From: Smithellaceae bacterium
GTDB taxonomy: Bacteria; Desulfobacterota; Syntrophia; Syntrophales; Smithellaceae
DNA: 64,000 bases
Direction of reading: 5' to 3'
Assembly (NCBI GenBank): GCA_963682105.1
Contig: OY821638.1
Coordinates: 4,821,245 to 4,885,244 of the forward strand
The position numbers and the translations under genes are program-made. Shown one piece after another: positions 16,235-25,144 of the stretch (its first letter is position 1; each line of letters begins with the position of its first letter). The notes under the pieces were generated by a model that worked only from the letters and a program-made list of their open reading frames with translations, searched no databases and had not been told where the DNA came from.

Positions 16235-17419
16235 GTGAAGATCATCATGCTCAGCCCTTTTACGCCGTACCCGCCGGATTCGGGCGGACGCATCCGTCAA
16301 TGGGAGTTCATCAAATGTCTGGGCAGACGCCATGATCTGACGATCGTCTTTTTTATCAACAAAGGGGAGGAAAAGATTCTCGAAGGCGCCTTTGACGGCG
16401 TCTGTTCCCGGGTGGCCACGATTACACACGCTGGAGATACGGCGCCGACAGGCCCGCAATCTCTGCCCTGGCCGATGCGTTCCTACGGCGTGGAACCCAT
16501 GCGGAAGCTGCTTACGGAACTGGCCGCCAATCGCTATGATCTGCTCCTGACCGACTTTATTTACATGGCCCAGCACCGCTCCCTTTTTGACGCGCCGGCC
16601 GTCCTTCATGAGCACAACATCGAATCATCCATCTACAAACAATACTCCGAACTTCCCAATGTGCAGGATATGGAGATTTTCGGCATCCGGAAAGATGCTC
16701 TTTTCTGGAAGGCAACCTGGATGCTCATGCGTCAGTACGAAAACAAGACATGGCCCGCGTTCGATCTTCGGATTACCGTAAGCCGGCTCGATAAGACCCA
16801 GATGGACTCGCGCTGTCCGGACGGGCGAACCATTGTTGCCGAAAACGGCGTCAACACAAAGGACATTCGGCTGCTGCCGGTCAACCGTTCCAAGAAGATT
16901 CTGTTTGTCGGCACGATGAATTATTTTCCCAATGTAGATGGAGCTTTGTTTATGGTCCAGTCCATCATGCCCCATATCCGGCGTCTGGATCCGGATATCC
17001 GGCTGTGCATCGCGGGAAAAGATATTCCCCGTCATATTCGTGAGCTCGGCGCGGATACCCGGATAGAGATTATCTCTGATTTCCCGGATATTTCTGAGGT
17101 GGCGGCGGACTGTTGCCTGTCGGTGGTTCCTTTGAGGCTGGGCGGCGGTACGCGCATCAAAATACTCGAAGCCTTCGCCTTGGGACTGCCGGTGGTTTCC
17201 ACCGCAAAGGGATGCGAGGGGCTTGATGTTGAAGACGGCCGGCAGCTTGTTATCCGGGATGATCCGGAAGCCTTTGCCGAAGCGGTGGTCAGAGTTGCCA
17301 ACAACCATGAGCTGGCCGACTCGCTCCGCGAAAACGGCCGCAGTCTTGTGGAAGGACGATACGACTGGCAAAAGATATTCGAAACAGCCGAAGAGCAAAT
17401 GCTGAAACTGGTAAAATAA
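16235..17419 (+). CDS. Glycosyltransferase family 4 (GT-B, group 1)
   Basis: GTG start 3 nt after the upstream stop. N-terminal MKIIMLSPFTPYPPDSGGRIR; C-terminal SVVPLRLGGGTRIKILEAFALGLPVVST (EX7E-type region). Confidence 0.85.
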   Translation: MKIIMLSPFTPYPPDSGGRIRQWEFIKCLGRRHDLTIVFFINKGEEKILEGAFDGVCSRVATITHAGDTAPTGPQSLPWPMRSYGVEPMRKLLTELAANRYDLLLTDFIYMAQHRSLFDAPAVLHEHNIESSIYKQYSELPNVQDMEIFGIRKDALFWKATWMLMRQYENKTWPAFDLRITVSRLDKTQMDSRCPDGRTIVAENGVNTKDIRLLPVNRSKKILFVGTMNYFPNVDGALFMVQSIMPHIRRLDPDIRLCIAGKDIPRHIRELGADTRIEIISDFPDISEVAADCCLSVVPLRLGGGTRIKILEAFALGLPVVSTAKGCEGLDVEDGRQLVIRDDPEAFAEAVVRVANNHELADSLRENGRSLVEGRYDWQKIFETAEEQMLKLVK

Positions 17420-18789
17420 TGGACTCCCGGGTCGCAAGAAGCATCTATGAATTTCTTCGTCGCATCCTCAAACGGCGCTTCCGGATGATTTTCTTTTCGC
17501 CGGCAAGGGCCTTGAAGGCTGCATACCGTAAACCGGCAAGCCAGAATACGAACGCTTCGCTTGATGCAACAGGGCGTAACGTCCGGACGGCAAAGGAAAT
17601 TTCCATCCAGGAGAATGTCATTTCCTATCCGCTGACGGCGGCAACAGGCGAAAATGAACCGGGCATCCTCTATTTTGGAGGGCTTGCCAACCCTGAAACG
17701 CAAACGCTGATCCGCGAAGCCATCCATTGCCGTGGAATGGTTTGCAGTCAATCGCTTCCGGCAACCTCGGTTGAAAAGCAAATTCCTGTCAACTGTCTGG
17801 AAATCCGGCAACCGGTTCTTTACGGGGGAATCCTTTTTAACCATTTCGGTCATTTCATTCTGGAATCATTATCCCGGTTATATGCCTATCCGATGGTTCG
17901 GGACATTGATCCGTTTGTGTTGTTTTATAGCCAATGGGGGATCCCAAGGTACCTGGAGAAAAATAACTTTGTCAACCAGATCCTCACGGGACTCGGTATT
18001 CCGGTGCACAGACTGATCTTTGTTGAACGCGTCGCCAAAATTCGCACAGTCATCATTCCGGATCAAAAGTACGGCTTTGGATTGACCCGCCGGCCGGACG
18101 AGATGTTTTTGACGTTCATCAGAAGTTTTCGTTTTCAATATAAGATTCCCGGGGGGCTTAAAAAAGCGGAAAAGATCTACGTATCAAGATCCGGATTGCG
18201 CAATAAAGGAAGACAAATCGGCGAAAAGATTTTCGAGGCGTATCTCGCCGGCGAAGGATACGGAATATTTTATCCTGAACGGCATACCTTTTTCGAACAA
18301 TTGACGGTATACGCCCGCGCCGGAAAGCTGATTATCTCGGAGGGGAGCGCATTATTTTCATGTATGTTTCTCCCGGAAATGAACGCGGATATTGCCGTCG
18401 TCTGCAGAAGAAGAGAGCCGGATCACAGCATGCGCGGAGTAACGGACTGCCTGCATGATTCTGGCAGGAACATCCTGTGGATCGATGCCGTGCGCGAACA
18501 ATATCAATTTGGTCTCGATACCTGGGATGCGCTGGCTGATATCGACTGGTGCGAGGTGAGCCGTCTGTTGCGGAATCATGGTTTTGTAAATAATCCGTTC
18601 CGGCGCTTAGCCGACGACAAACATCTGGCGCTTGTCCGGTCCGAGCTCCGGGAATATCTGCGTGAGATATCCGGAAACCCGAAATTTGTCGATCACATGA
18701 TGCAATTAAAAGAAATCCACCCGTTCCGGATCGAACCTCTCGATCCTGGCGATTCCCGGGGTGGGGTAAAAGAGAGAAATCAGATATGA
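17419..18789 (+). CDS. Glycosyltransferase family 61 / DUF563 protein
   Basis: GGILFNHFGHFILESLSRLY and the later ISEGSALFS are the DUF563/GT61 hallmarks. The start overlaps the upstream stop (TAATG). Confidence 0.75.
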   Translation: MDSRVARSIYEFLRRILKRRFRMIFFSPARALKAAYRKPASQNTNASLDATGRNVRTAKEISIQENVISYPLTAATGENEPGILYFGGLANPETQTLIREAIHCRGMVCSQSLPATSVEKQIPVNCLEIRQPVLYGGILFNHFGHFILESLSRLYAYPMVRDIDPFVLFYSQWGIPRYLEKNNFVNQILTGLGIPVHRLIFVERVAKIRTVIIPDQKYGFGLTRRPDEMFLTFIRSFRFQYKIPGGLKKAEKIYVSRSGLRNKGRQIGEKIFEAYLAGEGYGIFYPERHTFFEQLTVYARAGKLIISEGSALFSCMFLPEMNADIAVVCRRREPDHSMRGVTDCLHDSGRNILWIDAVREQYQFGLDTWDALADIDWCEVSRLLRNHGFVNNPFRRLADDKHLALVRSELREYLREISGNPKFVDHMMQLKEIHPFRIEPLDPGDSRGGVKERNQI

Positions 18790-19496
18790 AGAAAAACGAA
18801 TCCATCAGTGTCATCATCCCGGTATACAACGGGGAGCGTTACATTGCCGAGGCCGTCGGAAGTGTCCTTGCACAGGATTACCCCCGGATCGAAATCGTCG
18901 CGGTGGATGACGGATCAACCGACCGCACCGCCGAATTACTGCGGTCTTATGCGAATGTGCACTACGTCTGTCAATCCAGACTGGGGGCTTCAGCCGCGCG
19001 CAACAACGGCGTTCGCTGTTCGTCAGGCGATTGGCTTGCCTTTCTGGACGCGGATGATCTCTGGATGCGCGATAAGCTGAAAGTGCAGACCGCCCTGTTG
19101 CGGACCAATCCCGACCTGGACATGGTTTTCGGATATGTCGAACAGTTCTACAGCCCGGAACTCGAGGCGTCGCTGAAAAGCAAAATAAAATTTGCCGAAG
19201 GCAGCATGCCCGGATATGTTCCGGGCTCCATGCTCGTCCGGAAAGATTCCTTTCTGAAGGTTGGCTTCTTCAATGAGGCATTCAAGATAGGTGAGTTCAT
19301 TGACTGGTACACGAGAGCGCTGGATTACGGTTTGAACGGTCATCTTGCCCGGGAAGTTGTGTTAAGAAGACGAATTCATGACGCCAATACCGGCATTCGG
19401 GAAAGGGATTCCCGCAAGGATTATCTGCGGGTGCTGAAAGCTTCGCTGGACAGACGAAGAATGAACGAAAAGAGAAAAGAGGCCGGTGGCGAATGA
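18786..19496 (+). CDS. Glycosyltransferase family 2
   Basis: ISVIIPVYNGERYIAEAVGSVLAQDYP..EIVAVDDGSTDRT plus the LDADD motif. ATGA overlap with the upstream gene. Confidence 0.9.
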   Translation: MKKNESISVIIPVYNGERYIAEAVGSVLAQDYPRIEIVAVDDGSTDRTAELLRSYANVHYVCQSRLGASAARNNGVRCSSGDWLAFLDADDLWMRDKLKVQTALLRTNPDLDMVFGYVEQFYSPELEASLKSKIKFAEGSMPGYVPGSMLVRKDSFLKVGFFNEAFKIGEFIDWYTRALDYGLNGHLAREVVLRRRIHDANTGIRERDSRKDYLRVLKASLDRRRMNEKRKEAGGE

Positions 19497-20650
19497 CGAC
19501 CGATAAAGAAGGCTTTTTCTGGCCGACGCACGAGCAGGAATTACTTCTTCAAGCGACGCTGCTCAAAGAGGAAAATGCCGTCACCGCATGGCGCAGTTGG
19601 GCCGCTTGCGTTAATTTCGATCGGCTGGATGCCGGCTCTCAGCGCCTTTTGCCCCTGCTTTATAAAAACCTCACCGATCAAAAGGTGAGGCATCCGGTTC
19701 TCGATGTGTACAAGGGGTTTTACCGGATGACCTGGTACAAGAACCGCCTTTTGTGCCATCGCATTACCGGTGTTTTACGTCTTCTGAATCAGCACGGCAT
19801 AGCGGCTCTGTTGTTGAAGGGGGCTGCTCTGGTCTCCCTTTATTATAAGGATTGGGCTCTGCGTCCGATGAATGACTTCGATTTGCTGGTGGAGCAGGAC
19901 CAGGTGATGAAAGCCGTTGAGCTTTTGTGCCGAAACGGCTGGACCCCGGTTGATTCACCGCCCGCCGAATCGGACTTTCAGACCCGGCATGCCTGTACGC
20001 TCACCGATGGTTCTGGCATCGAATTTGACCTTCACTGGCGGATCATGCATGAATCAGGCTGCAATGATGTTGATGACAACTTCAAGGGCAGCGCCATGCG
20101 GATCGATTTTTGCGGGGTTTACGTGTCCGTGCTGTCCCACACGGACCAGCTTTTTCACGTTCTTGTTCACGGCGTACGCTGGAACGTTATCGCGCCCCTG
20201 CGATGGGTTCCCGATGCAATGATGGTTTTGCGGGAAGCAGGATCGAAGATAGACTGGAACAGATTATTGCAGGAAGCCCGCGGCAGACGCCTTGTCGTCT
20301 CCCTGAAAAAATCGCTTACCTATCTTTATGACGGGTTTGCCGCGCCGATTCCGACTGACATCATGGCAACGGTGAAAAGATTGAAGCCGTCTGTGACGGA
20401 GCGACTGGAGTTTTGGATGAACAGCCGGCCCCGGGGGCTTCTGAGGGATATTGTTTATCTCTGGTTTACGCATGTCAGGACATCCGGCACTTCGGGATCG
20501 GTCAGGCTGTTGCTCCGATTTCCCTCTTTTCTCAGAACATTCTGGAAGGCGCCGGAGAAAAAGAACACGGCGGGTTTTCTGTTGGGCCGACTGATCAGAA
20601 GAATCTTTAATGGCGCCGGAGCATCACCCGGACAAAACCCGGCCGCCTGA
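19493..20650 (+). CDS. Uncharacterised nucleotidyltransferase family protein (NTP_transf_5 / PF14907-like)
   Basis: LLLKGAALVSLYYKDWALRPMNDFDLLVEQDQ...FDLHWRIMH matches the family pattern (LKG...R...D.DLLV...DLH). ATGA overlap with the upstream gene. Confidence 0.75.
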   Translation: MTTDKEGFFWPTHEQELLLQATLLKEENAVTAWRSWAACVNFDRLDAGSQRLLPLLYKNLTDQKVRHPVLDVYKGFYRMTWYKNRLLCHRITGVLRLLNQHGIAALLLKGAALVSLYYKDWALRPMNDFDLLVEQDQVMKAVELLCRNGWTPVDSPPAESDFQTRHACTLTDGSGIEFDLHWRIMHESGCNDVDDNFKGSAMRIDFCGVYVSVLSHTDQLFHVLVHGVRWNVIAPLRWVPDAMMVLREAGSKIDWNRLLQEARGRRLVVSLKKSLTYLYDGFAAPIPTDIMATVKRLKPSVTERLEFWMNSRPRGLLRDIVYLWFTHVRTSGTSGSVRLLLRFPSFLRTFWKAPEKKNTAGFLLGRLIRRIFNGAGASPGQNPAA

Positions 20651-20699
20651 AGAAGAGCCGCTGCTCGTAAGAAAATCACTGAAGAGGTATAATATTTTA

Positions 20700-22470
20700 A
20701 TGATTGCCGCCTTGTTAAAAAAAATATCAGGCGACTGGTATAATGAAAACATTTATTTCAAATATCGGATTCATAAAATGTCCCCCTGGAAGCGCATGCC
20801 GGCGCGATTTATTTTCCTGCCCATGGCCTTCGGGAGAAGACTCAACAAGTTCATCCGCGATAGACTGGAAATACCCGGCGTGGAAATGTCCATCATCACT
20901 CCCTGCAACCCGCATTGCAGAGACTGTGAAAGCCTGAATCCTCTTCATCCGCAACCGGTTGCTCCGGACATCGACCGGCTTATCAGGGATGCAAACGATT
21001 TTTTGTTCCACGTGGATTGTGTGCACCGCCTGATGATTACAGGCAGCGAGCCCTTTGCTTATCGTGAATTCCCTGCGCTCTTGACTTACCTGCTTGGGCA
21101 GGACAAAATTAATCTGGTGCATCTTTTCACCCGCGGTTCGGTTCTTCCAGGACCGGATATTCTGCAGTTACTCAGGCATCGCAAAATCCTGGTGACGATC
21201 AGCAGTTATCCGGCGGAAGATTCGCCGGATAAACCCCGTTTCATTGCCGTTATGGAAGAAAATTGCATCAATTACATGGTGAAAGATACCTGGCGGGATC
21301 TGGGCAGTTTCAATCCTGTTGCGGATGGCAGTCTGGACGCCATGAAACACCGTTTTGCAAGATGTGTCAGCAGAGTTCATAATCTGAACGGCGGCGAGTA
21401 CCATCTGTGCCCCCGGTCGGCTCATGGCCGGCAATTGAGACAGTTTTCTCCGGAGAAGCCGGAGAGCGTGATCTTCCGGGACAGGAAAAACCCTCAGGCG
21501 TTTAAAAAAGAGATGCGGCAACTTCTGCTGAAAAAGTATCTTACCGCCTGTCGCCAATGCGGGGGAAGCCGCAGAGAAACAAAAATGGACATCCTGTTAC
21601 AGACATTGTCGGGAAGATGGTACAATGAAAATATTTACTATAAATATCACATCCACAAGATGTCGCCGGGGCGGCAGGATGCAGCGCGGCTCTTGTTCCT
21701 GCCTTTGTCCATGGGGATAAAACTCAACAGTGCGATACGTCATCGATTGGAAATACCGCATATCGAACTGCCGATTACCACCCGCTGCAACCTGCGCTGT
21801 AAAGACTGCGGGAATTTAATTCCTTTTTATCCGCGTCCGGCTGATTTTGACGTGGAACAGTTGATTCAGGATGCCGATGACTTTCTGAATCATGTGCATC
21901 GGGTTCACCGTTTTATCGTTATGGGCGGTGAAACCTTTCTCTACCGGGAATTGCATCGATTATTAAGTCACCTGATTCAACAAAACAAGATTGGTCTTCT
22001 GCACCTTTTTACCAATGGTTCCGTCATCCCCAAAACAGAGATCCTGCAATTGCTGAAGCATCGCAAAATCCTGGTGTCCGTGAGCAGTTTCCCGGCGGAG
22101 GTGTCCCCCAACAAAGCCCGTTTCATTGATATCCTCGAAGAAAACCATATCAATTATAAAATAGAAGATCATTTGTGGCGGGATCTGGGCGGCATCAATC
22201 CGGACGTGGACAGCCGTCCGGAAACACTGAAGCGTCGTTTCGCCAATTGCAGCATTAAAGGGTGCCATAACTTGAGCAACGGCGAATATCATTTATGTCC
22301 CCGATCTGTTCATGGTGAGCAGTTGGGACAATTTGTGCCGGATGCCTCGGACAAAGTGGTCATCCGGAACCGGAAGGATCCCCATGCCTTTAAAAAAGAA
22401 CGGCAGGCTTTGCTTCGGAAAGAATATCTTGCCGCCTGCAGCAGATGTACGGGCAAACCCGAAGAAACCG
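20700..22470. repeat. Intragenic tandem duplication (module 1 20700-21584; module 2 21585 to about 22470)
   Basis: Aligning the two halves by eye gives roughly half identical residues and no stop codon between them. Confidence 0.85.
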
Positions 22471-22592
22471 TTTATCCGGGCATTCAGATATCCGGGGGTG
22501 TTGCAGATATAATCGGAAAAAACGACAGGCCGTCTTCAGAGGCCCGGGGAAAAAATCAGGATATTTCCGATCTTGCCCGCCTGAAAATCTGA
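20700..22592 (+). CDS. Fused twin radical-SAM enzyme (two paralogous ~295-aa rSAM modules in one ORF)
   Basis: Module 1 has ITPCNPHCRDC and module 2 has ITTRCNLRCKDC (both CxxxCxxC). Each module starts with ...SG.WYNENIY.KY.IHKMSP and ends with YL.AC..C. Start ATG 20700 is chosen by symmetry with the module 2 Met at 21585; the ORF is also open from 20610. Confidence 0.8.
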   Translation: MIAALLKKISGDWYNENIYFKYRIHKMSPWKRMPARFIFLPMAFGRRLNKFIRDRLEIPGVEMSIITPCNPHCRDCESLNPLHPQPVAPDIDRLIRDANDFLFHVDCVHRLMITGSEPFAYREFPALLTYLLGQDKINLVHLFTRGSVLPGPDILQLLRHRKILVTISSYPAEDSPDKPRFIAVMEENCINYMVKDTWRDLGSFNPVADGSLDAMKHRFARCVSRVHNLNGGEYHLCPRSAHGRQLRQFSPEKPESVIFRDRKNPQAFKKEMRQLLLKKYLTACRQCGGSRRETKMDILLQTLSGRWYNENIYYKYHIHKMSPGRQDAARLLFLPLSMGIKLNSAIRHRLEIPHIELPITTRCNLRCKDCGNLIPFYPRPADFDVEQLIQDADDFLNHVHRVHRFIVMGGETFLYRELHRLLSHLIQQNKIGLLHLFTNGSVIPKTEILQLLKHRKILVSVSSFPAEVSPNKARFIDILEENHINYKIEDHLWRDLGGINPDVDSRPETLKRRFANCSIKGCHNLSNGEYHLCPRSVHGEQLGQFVPDASDKVVIRNRKDPHAFKKERQALLRKEYLAACSRCTGKPEETVYPGIQISGGVADIIGKNDRPSSEARGKNQDISDLARLKI

Positions 22593-22606
22593 CTTGAATC
22601 CTGAGT

Positions 22607-23410
22607 TCAAACCTTCATACCCGGCAGGTTGAGCGATGCCGTGTTGCCGCCGTCCACCGGCAGGGCCTGTCCGGTGATGTAACTGGCCGCGTCGCTGGCT
22701 AAAAAGCAGATCGCCTGGGCCACTTCTTCCGGGCGACCGTAACGCCGCAGTTCACAGCGGCTGCCGAGCTTATCGACCTTGCCTTTATCACGGGCCAGCT
22801 CAAATATCGGACGGGTCATTCCCGTTTCGATCAGGCCGGGACAGACGGCGTTGACGCGGATGTTGAAGCCGCCCAGATCGCATGCTGCCGTTTGTGTAAA
22901 GTTAATCACGGCGGCTTTGCTGGCGCTGTAAGCGTTCAGGCCGGCGCCGGCGCGGATTCCGGCCACGGAGGCTGTATTGACGATGGCACCGGAATTTCTT
23001 CCCCGCATATGCTTTGCGGCGTGCTTGATCGCGAAAACGGCGCCCAGAACATTGACTTCATAAACATGCTGCCAGTCTTCTTTGGATTCCTGATCCAGCC
23101 CGAGAAACTCTCCCGTGATGCCCGCATTGTTGCACAGGATGTCAATCTGTCCGTAAGTCTGAACGGCAAAATTGATCAGCGCTTCGACATCGCTTTCCTT
23201 TGATACATCCGTCTGTCTGCCGACAACGGCGCCTTTTTCCTCTTTTACGAGACCGACGGTTTCCGTCAGGCCCTTTTCATTGATATCAGCCAACAGCAGC
23301 TTTGCGCCTTCGCGGGCAAAAAGAATCGCCGCCGCACGGCCGATGCCGTCTGCCGCTCCGGTGATGACAGCCACTTTTCCTTCCAGACGTCCATTTTCCT
23401 TGTTTGTCAT
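22607..23410 (-). CDS. Short-chain dehydrogenase/reductase (SDR)
   Basis: TGAADGIGRAAA (TGxxxGxG), NNAG, and YSASKAAV (YxxxK). Confidence 0.9.
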   Translation of the reverse strand: MTNKENGRLEGKVAVITGAADGIGRAAAILFAREGAKLLLADINEKGLTETVGLVKEEKGAVVGRQTDVSKESDVEALINFAVQTYGQIDILCNNAGITGEFLGLDQESKEDWQHVYEVNVLGAVFAIKHAAKHMRGRNSGAIVNTASVAGIRAGAGLNAYSASKAAVINFTQTAACDLGGFNIRVNAVCPGLIETGMTRPIFELARDKGKVDKLGSRCELRRYGRPEEVAQAICFLASDAASYITGQALPVDGGNTASLNLPGMKV

Positions 23411-23451
23411 TTTACTATAAACTCCTTTTTTTAGAATCTTTAATACTTTAT

Positions 23452-24216
23452 CTAAGTGAGGAAGCCGCCGTCAACGATAAAGTTTGCACCCGTTGTGAAG
23501 GAGGCCGCGTCGGAAACCAGATACAAAACCACTCCGGCAATTTCTCTCGGAACAGCATGCCTGTTCAGGGGAATCATTTTCACTGCGATGTCGTGGATGG
23601 CCTCATTGTCCATAATGGCTTTGGAGAAGTGTGTGTCCACTAAGCCGGGCAGGAGTGCGTTTACACGGATATTTTTCCCCGCAAGCTCTTTGGCAAAAGC
23701 CTGGGTCATGGAGATAAGTCCCGCCTTGGTCATGGAATAGACGCCTTGAAAAGGCGCAGGCCTGATCCCATTCACTGACGATACATTCACGATGGTTCCG
23801 CCTCCTGTCGCCTCCATGATCCTTGCCGCCTTCTGGATCATGAAGAAAGGCCCTTTGAGGTTCACGTCAAATGTTTTGTTCCAGACCCCTTCATCCGCAC
23901 CCATCATTTCCCCAAAGTATGGATTGGTGGCAGCATTGTTTATAAGGATGTCTACCCTGCCGCAGCTCTCTTTGATACCGGCGAAAAGCATATCGACCTG
24001 TTTGAGATCGCCGACATTGCAGGCCATGACATCAGTCATCCCTCCCCGGGATGCTATCTTAGAAGCCACTTCTTTCAGTGCATCAGCCTTCCTGCTTACC
24101 AGGATGCAATGTGCTCCGTAATCGGCAAGCGTGATGGCGATGGCCTCGCCTATGCCCCTGCTCGCGCCTGTGATCACTGCAACTTTTCCATTCAGATTGA
24201 AATCTACCTTATCCAT
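23452..24216 (-). CDS. Short-chain dehydrogenase/reductase (SDR)
   Basis: TGASRGIGEAIA, NNAA, and YSMTKAGL (YxxxK). Confidence 0.9.
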   Translation of the reverse strand: MDKVDFNLNGKVAVITGASRGIGEAIAITLADYGAHCILVSRKADALKEVASKIASRGGMTDVMACNVGDLKQVDMLFAGIKESCGRVDILINNAATNPYFGEMMGADEGVWNKTFDVNLKGPFFMIQKAARIMEATGGGTIVNVSSVNGIRPAPFQGVYSMTKAGLISMTQAFAKELAGKNIRVNALLPGLVDTHFSKAIMDNEAIHDIAVKMIPLNRHAVPREIAGVVLYLVSDAASFTTGANFIVDGGFLT

Positions 24217-24271
24217 GCTGGTCTCCTTACCGGTATTTCATTGTGATCCGGAAATCTTAAAACGTAAATCG

Positions 24272-25144
24272 CTAGCGCAGACCCACGAGGTCTGCGAAAT
24301 TTTTTCCCAGGAGCCTTTCCCTGACACTTGTGTCAGGAAACATCCTGTCAATTCTGCGTTTGATGAAGCCATAGTCGTACTGGTGCTCGGGTCCGTGAAA
24401 ACCGTAAGGACCGTCCGTGCCGAAGAAAAGCCGGTCCTCGCCGATGAACTCGACCGCACTGCGTGTGGCTGTTTCGCTGGTATAGCTCGTCTGCGAGAGA
24501 TCCAGATACACGTTTTTCATCGGTTTGATCTTCTTCCAGGTGTCGGCATAACCGGGAAAGCCCGCATGGGCCAGGATGAGCTTGAGGTCCGGTACTTTTT
24601 TCAGCAGGGCTTCGAAATTGCCTTCTTCCTCGAATCCGGTGTGAATGAGCAGCGGTTTGCCTATTTTGGCCAGCCGCCCGGCGACAGGCTCAAGTTCCAC
24701 AGGAGGAAAGTGATGCCAGAAAGGGTGTGCCTTGACGCCGATAAATCCCTTCTGGTCTTGATACTTCTCCAACTCATCCACCTGGCTTTTCTTTCCTCTG
24801 GGGTTGACAAAAACCCATCCGAGAAACTTATCCGGATGCTTCTCTACAGTATCAAAAACTTTCTTATTATCCGGATCGGTCGTAATCGGGTATGGCGTTC
24901 CCAGAATCTTGAGATCACCTTTATCCGTAAAATTTGAAATCAGGGCTTTGCCGATTCCCCGTAAAAAACGGTTTTCCAGAAGAGTCTGCAGGAGATTGAT
25001 GAGAAACCTGGGCGGTTCGGCAAAAGGTTCGATCAAAGACCCCATCAGCGCAACTTTGTCAATACCGCATTTCTGCATCTCGCCAATCAGTCGATCTACT
25101 GAGTAGACCCTTTCTTCCAGATGATAATGGCAATCAATGATCAT
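24272..25144 (-). CDS. Amidohydrolase-2 family metal-dependent hydrolase
   Basis: N-terminal MIIDCHYHL (HxH), with later HAGFPG and FGTDGPY. The family contains lactonases, decarboxylases and hydratases. Confidence 0.8.
   Translation of the reverse strand: MIIDCHYHLEERVYSVDRLIGEMQKCGIDKVALMGSLIEPFAEPPRFLINLLQTLLENRFLRGIGKALISNFTDKGDLKILGTPYPITTDPDNKKVFDTVEKHPDKFLGWVFVNPRGKKSQVDELEKYQDQKGFIGVKAHPFWHHFPPVELEPVAGRLAKIGKPLLIHTGFEEEGNFEALLKKVPDLKLILAHAGFPGYADTWKKIKPMKNVYLDLSQTSYTSETATRSAVEFIGEDRLFFGTDGPYGFHGPEHQYDYGFIKRRIDRMFPDTSVRERLLGKNFADLVGLR

Noticed and set aside
16625-17853. Two overlapping minus-strand ORFs (270 and 273 aa)
   Set aside because: They are antisense to the GT4 and GT61 genes, which have clear family motifs and coupled starts. 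The antisense ORFs have no motifs.
20610-20699. N-terminal extension of the twin rSAM ORF
   Set aside because: It would overlap the nucleotidyltransferase gene by 41 nt. The Met at 20700 gives module 1 the same N-terminus as the module 2 Met at 21585. I cannot fully exclude the longer form.
14564-22592. Interpretation as a classical lasso-peptide gene cluster
   Set aside because: The PqqD-like RRE and HprK-like kinase fit this reading. However, the cluster has no asparagine-synthetase-like cyclase, no transglutaminase-like leader peptidase and no ABC exporter.
24131-24937. 268-aa plus-strand ORF
   Set aside because: It is antisense to the SDR and amidohydrolase genes. It spans their intergenic gap, which real genes opposite two coupled genes rarely do, and has no motif.
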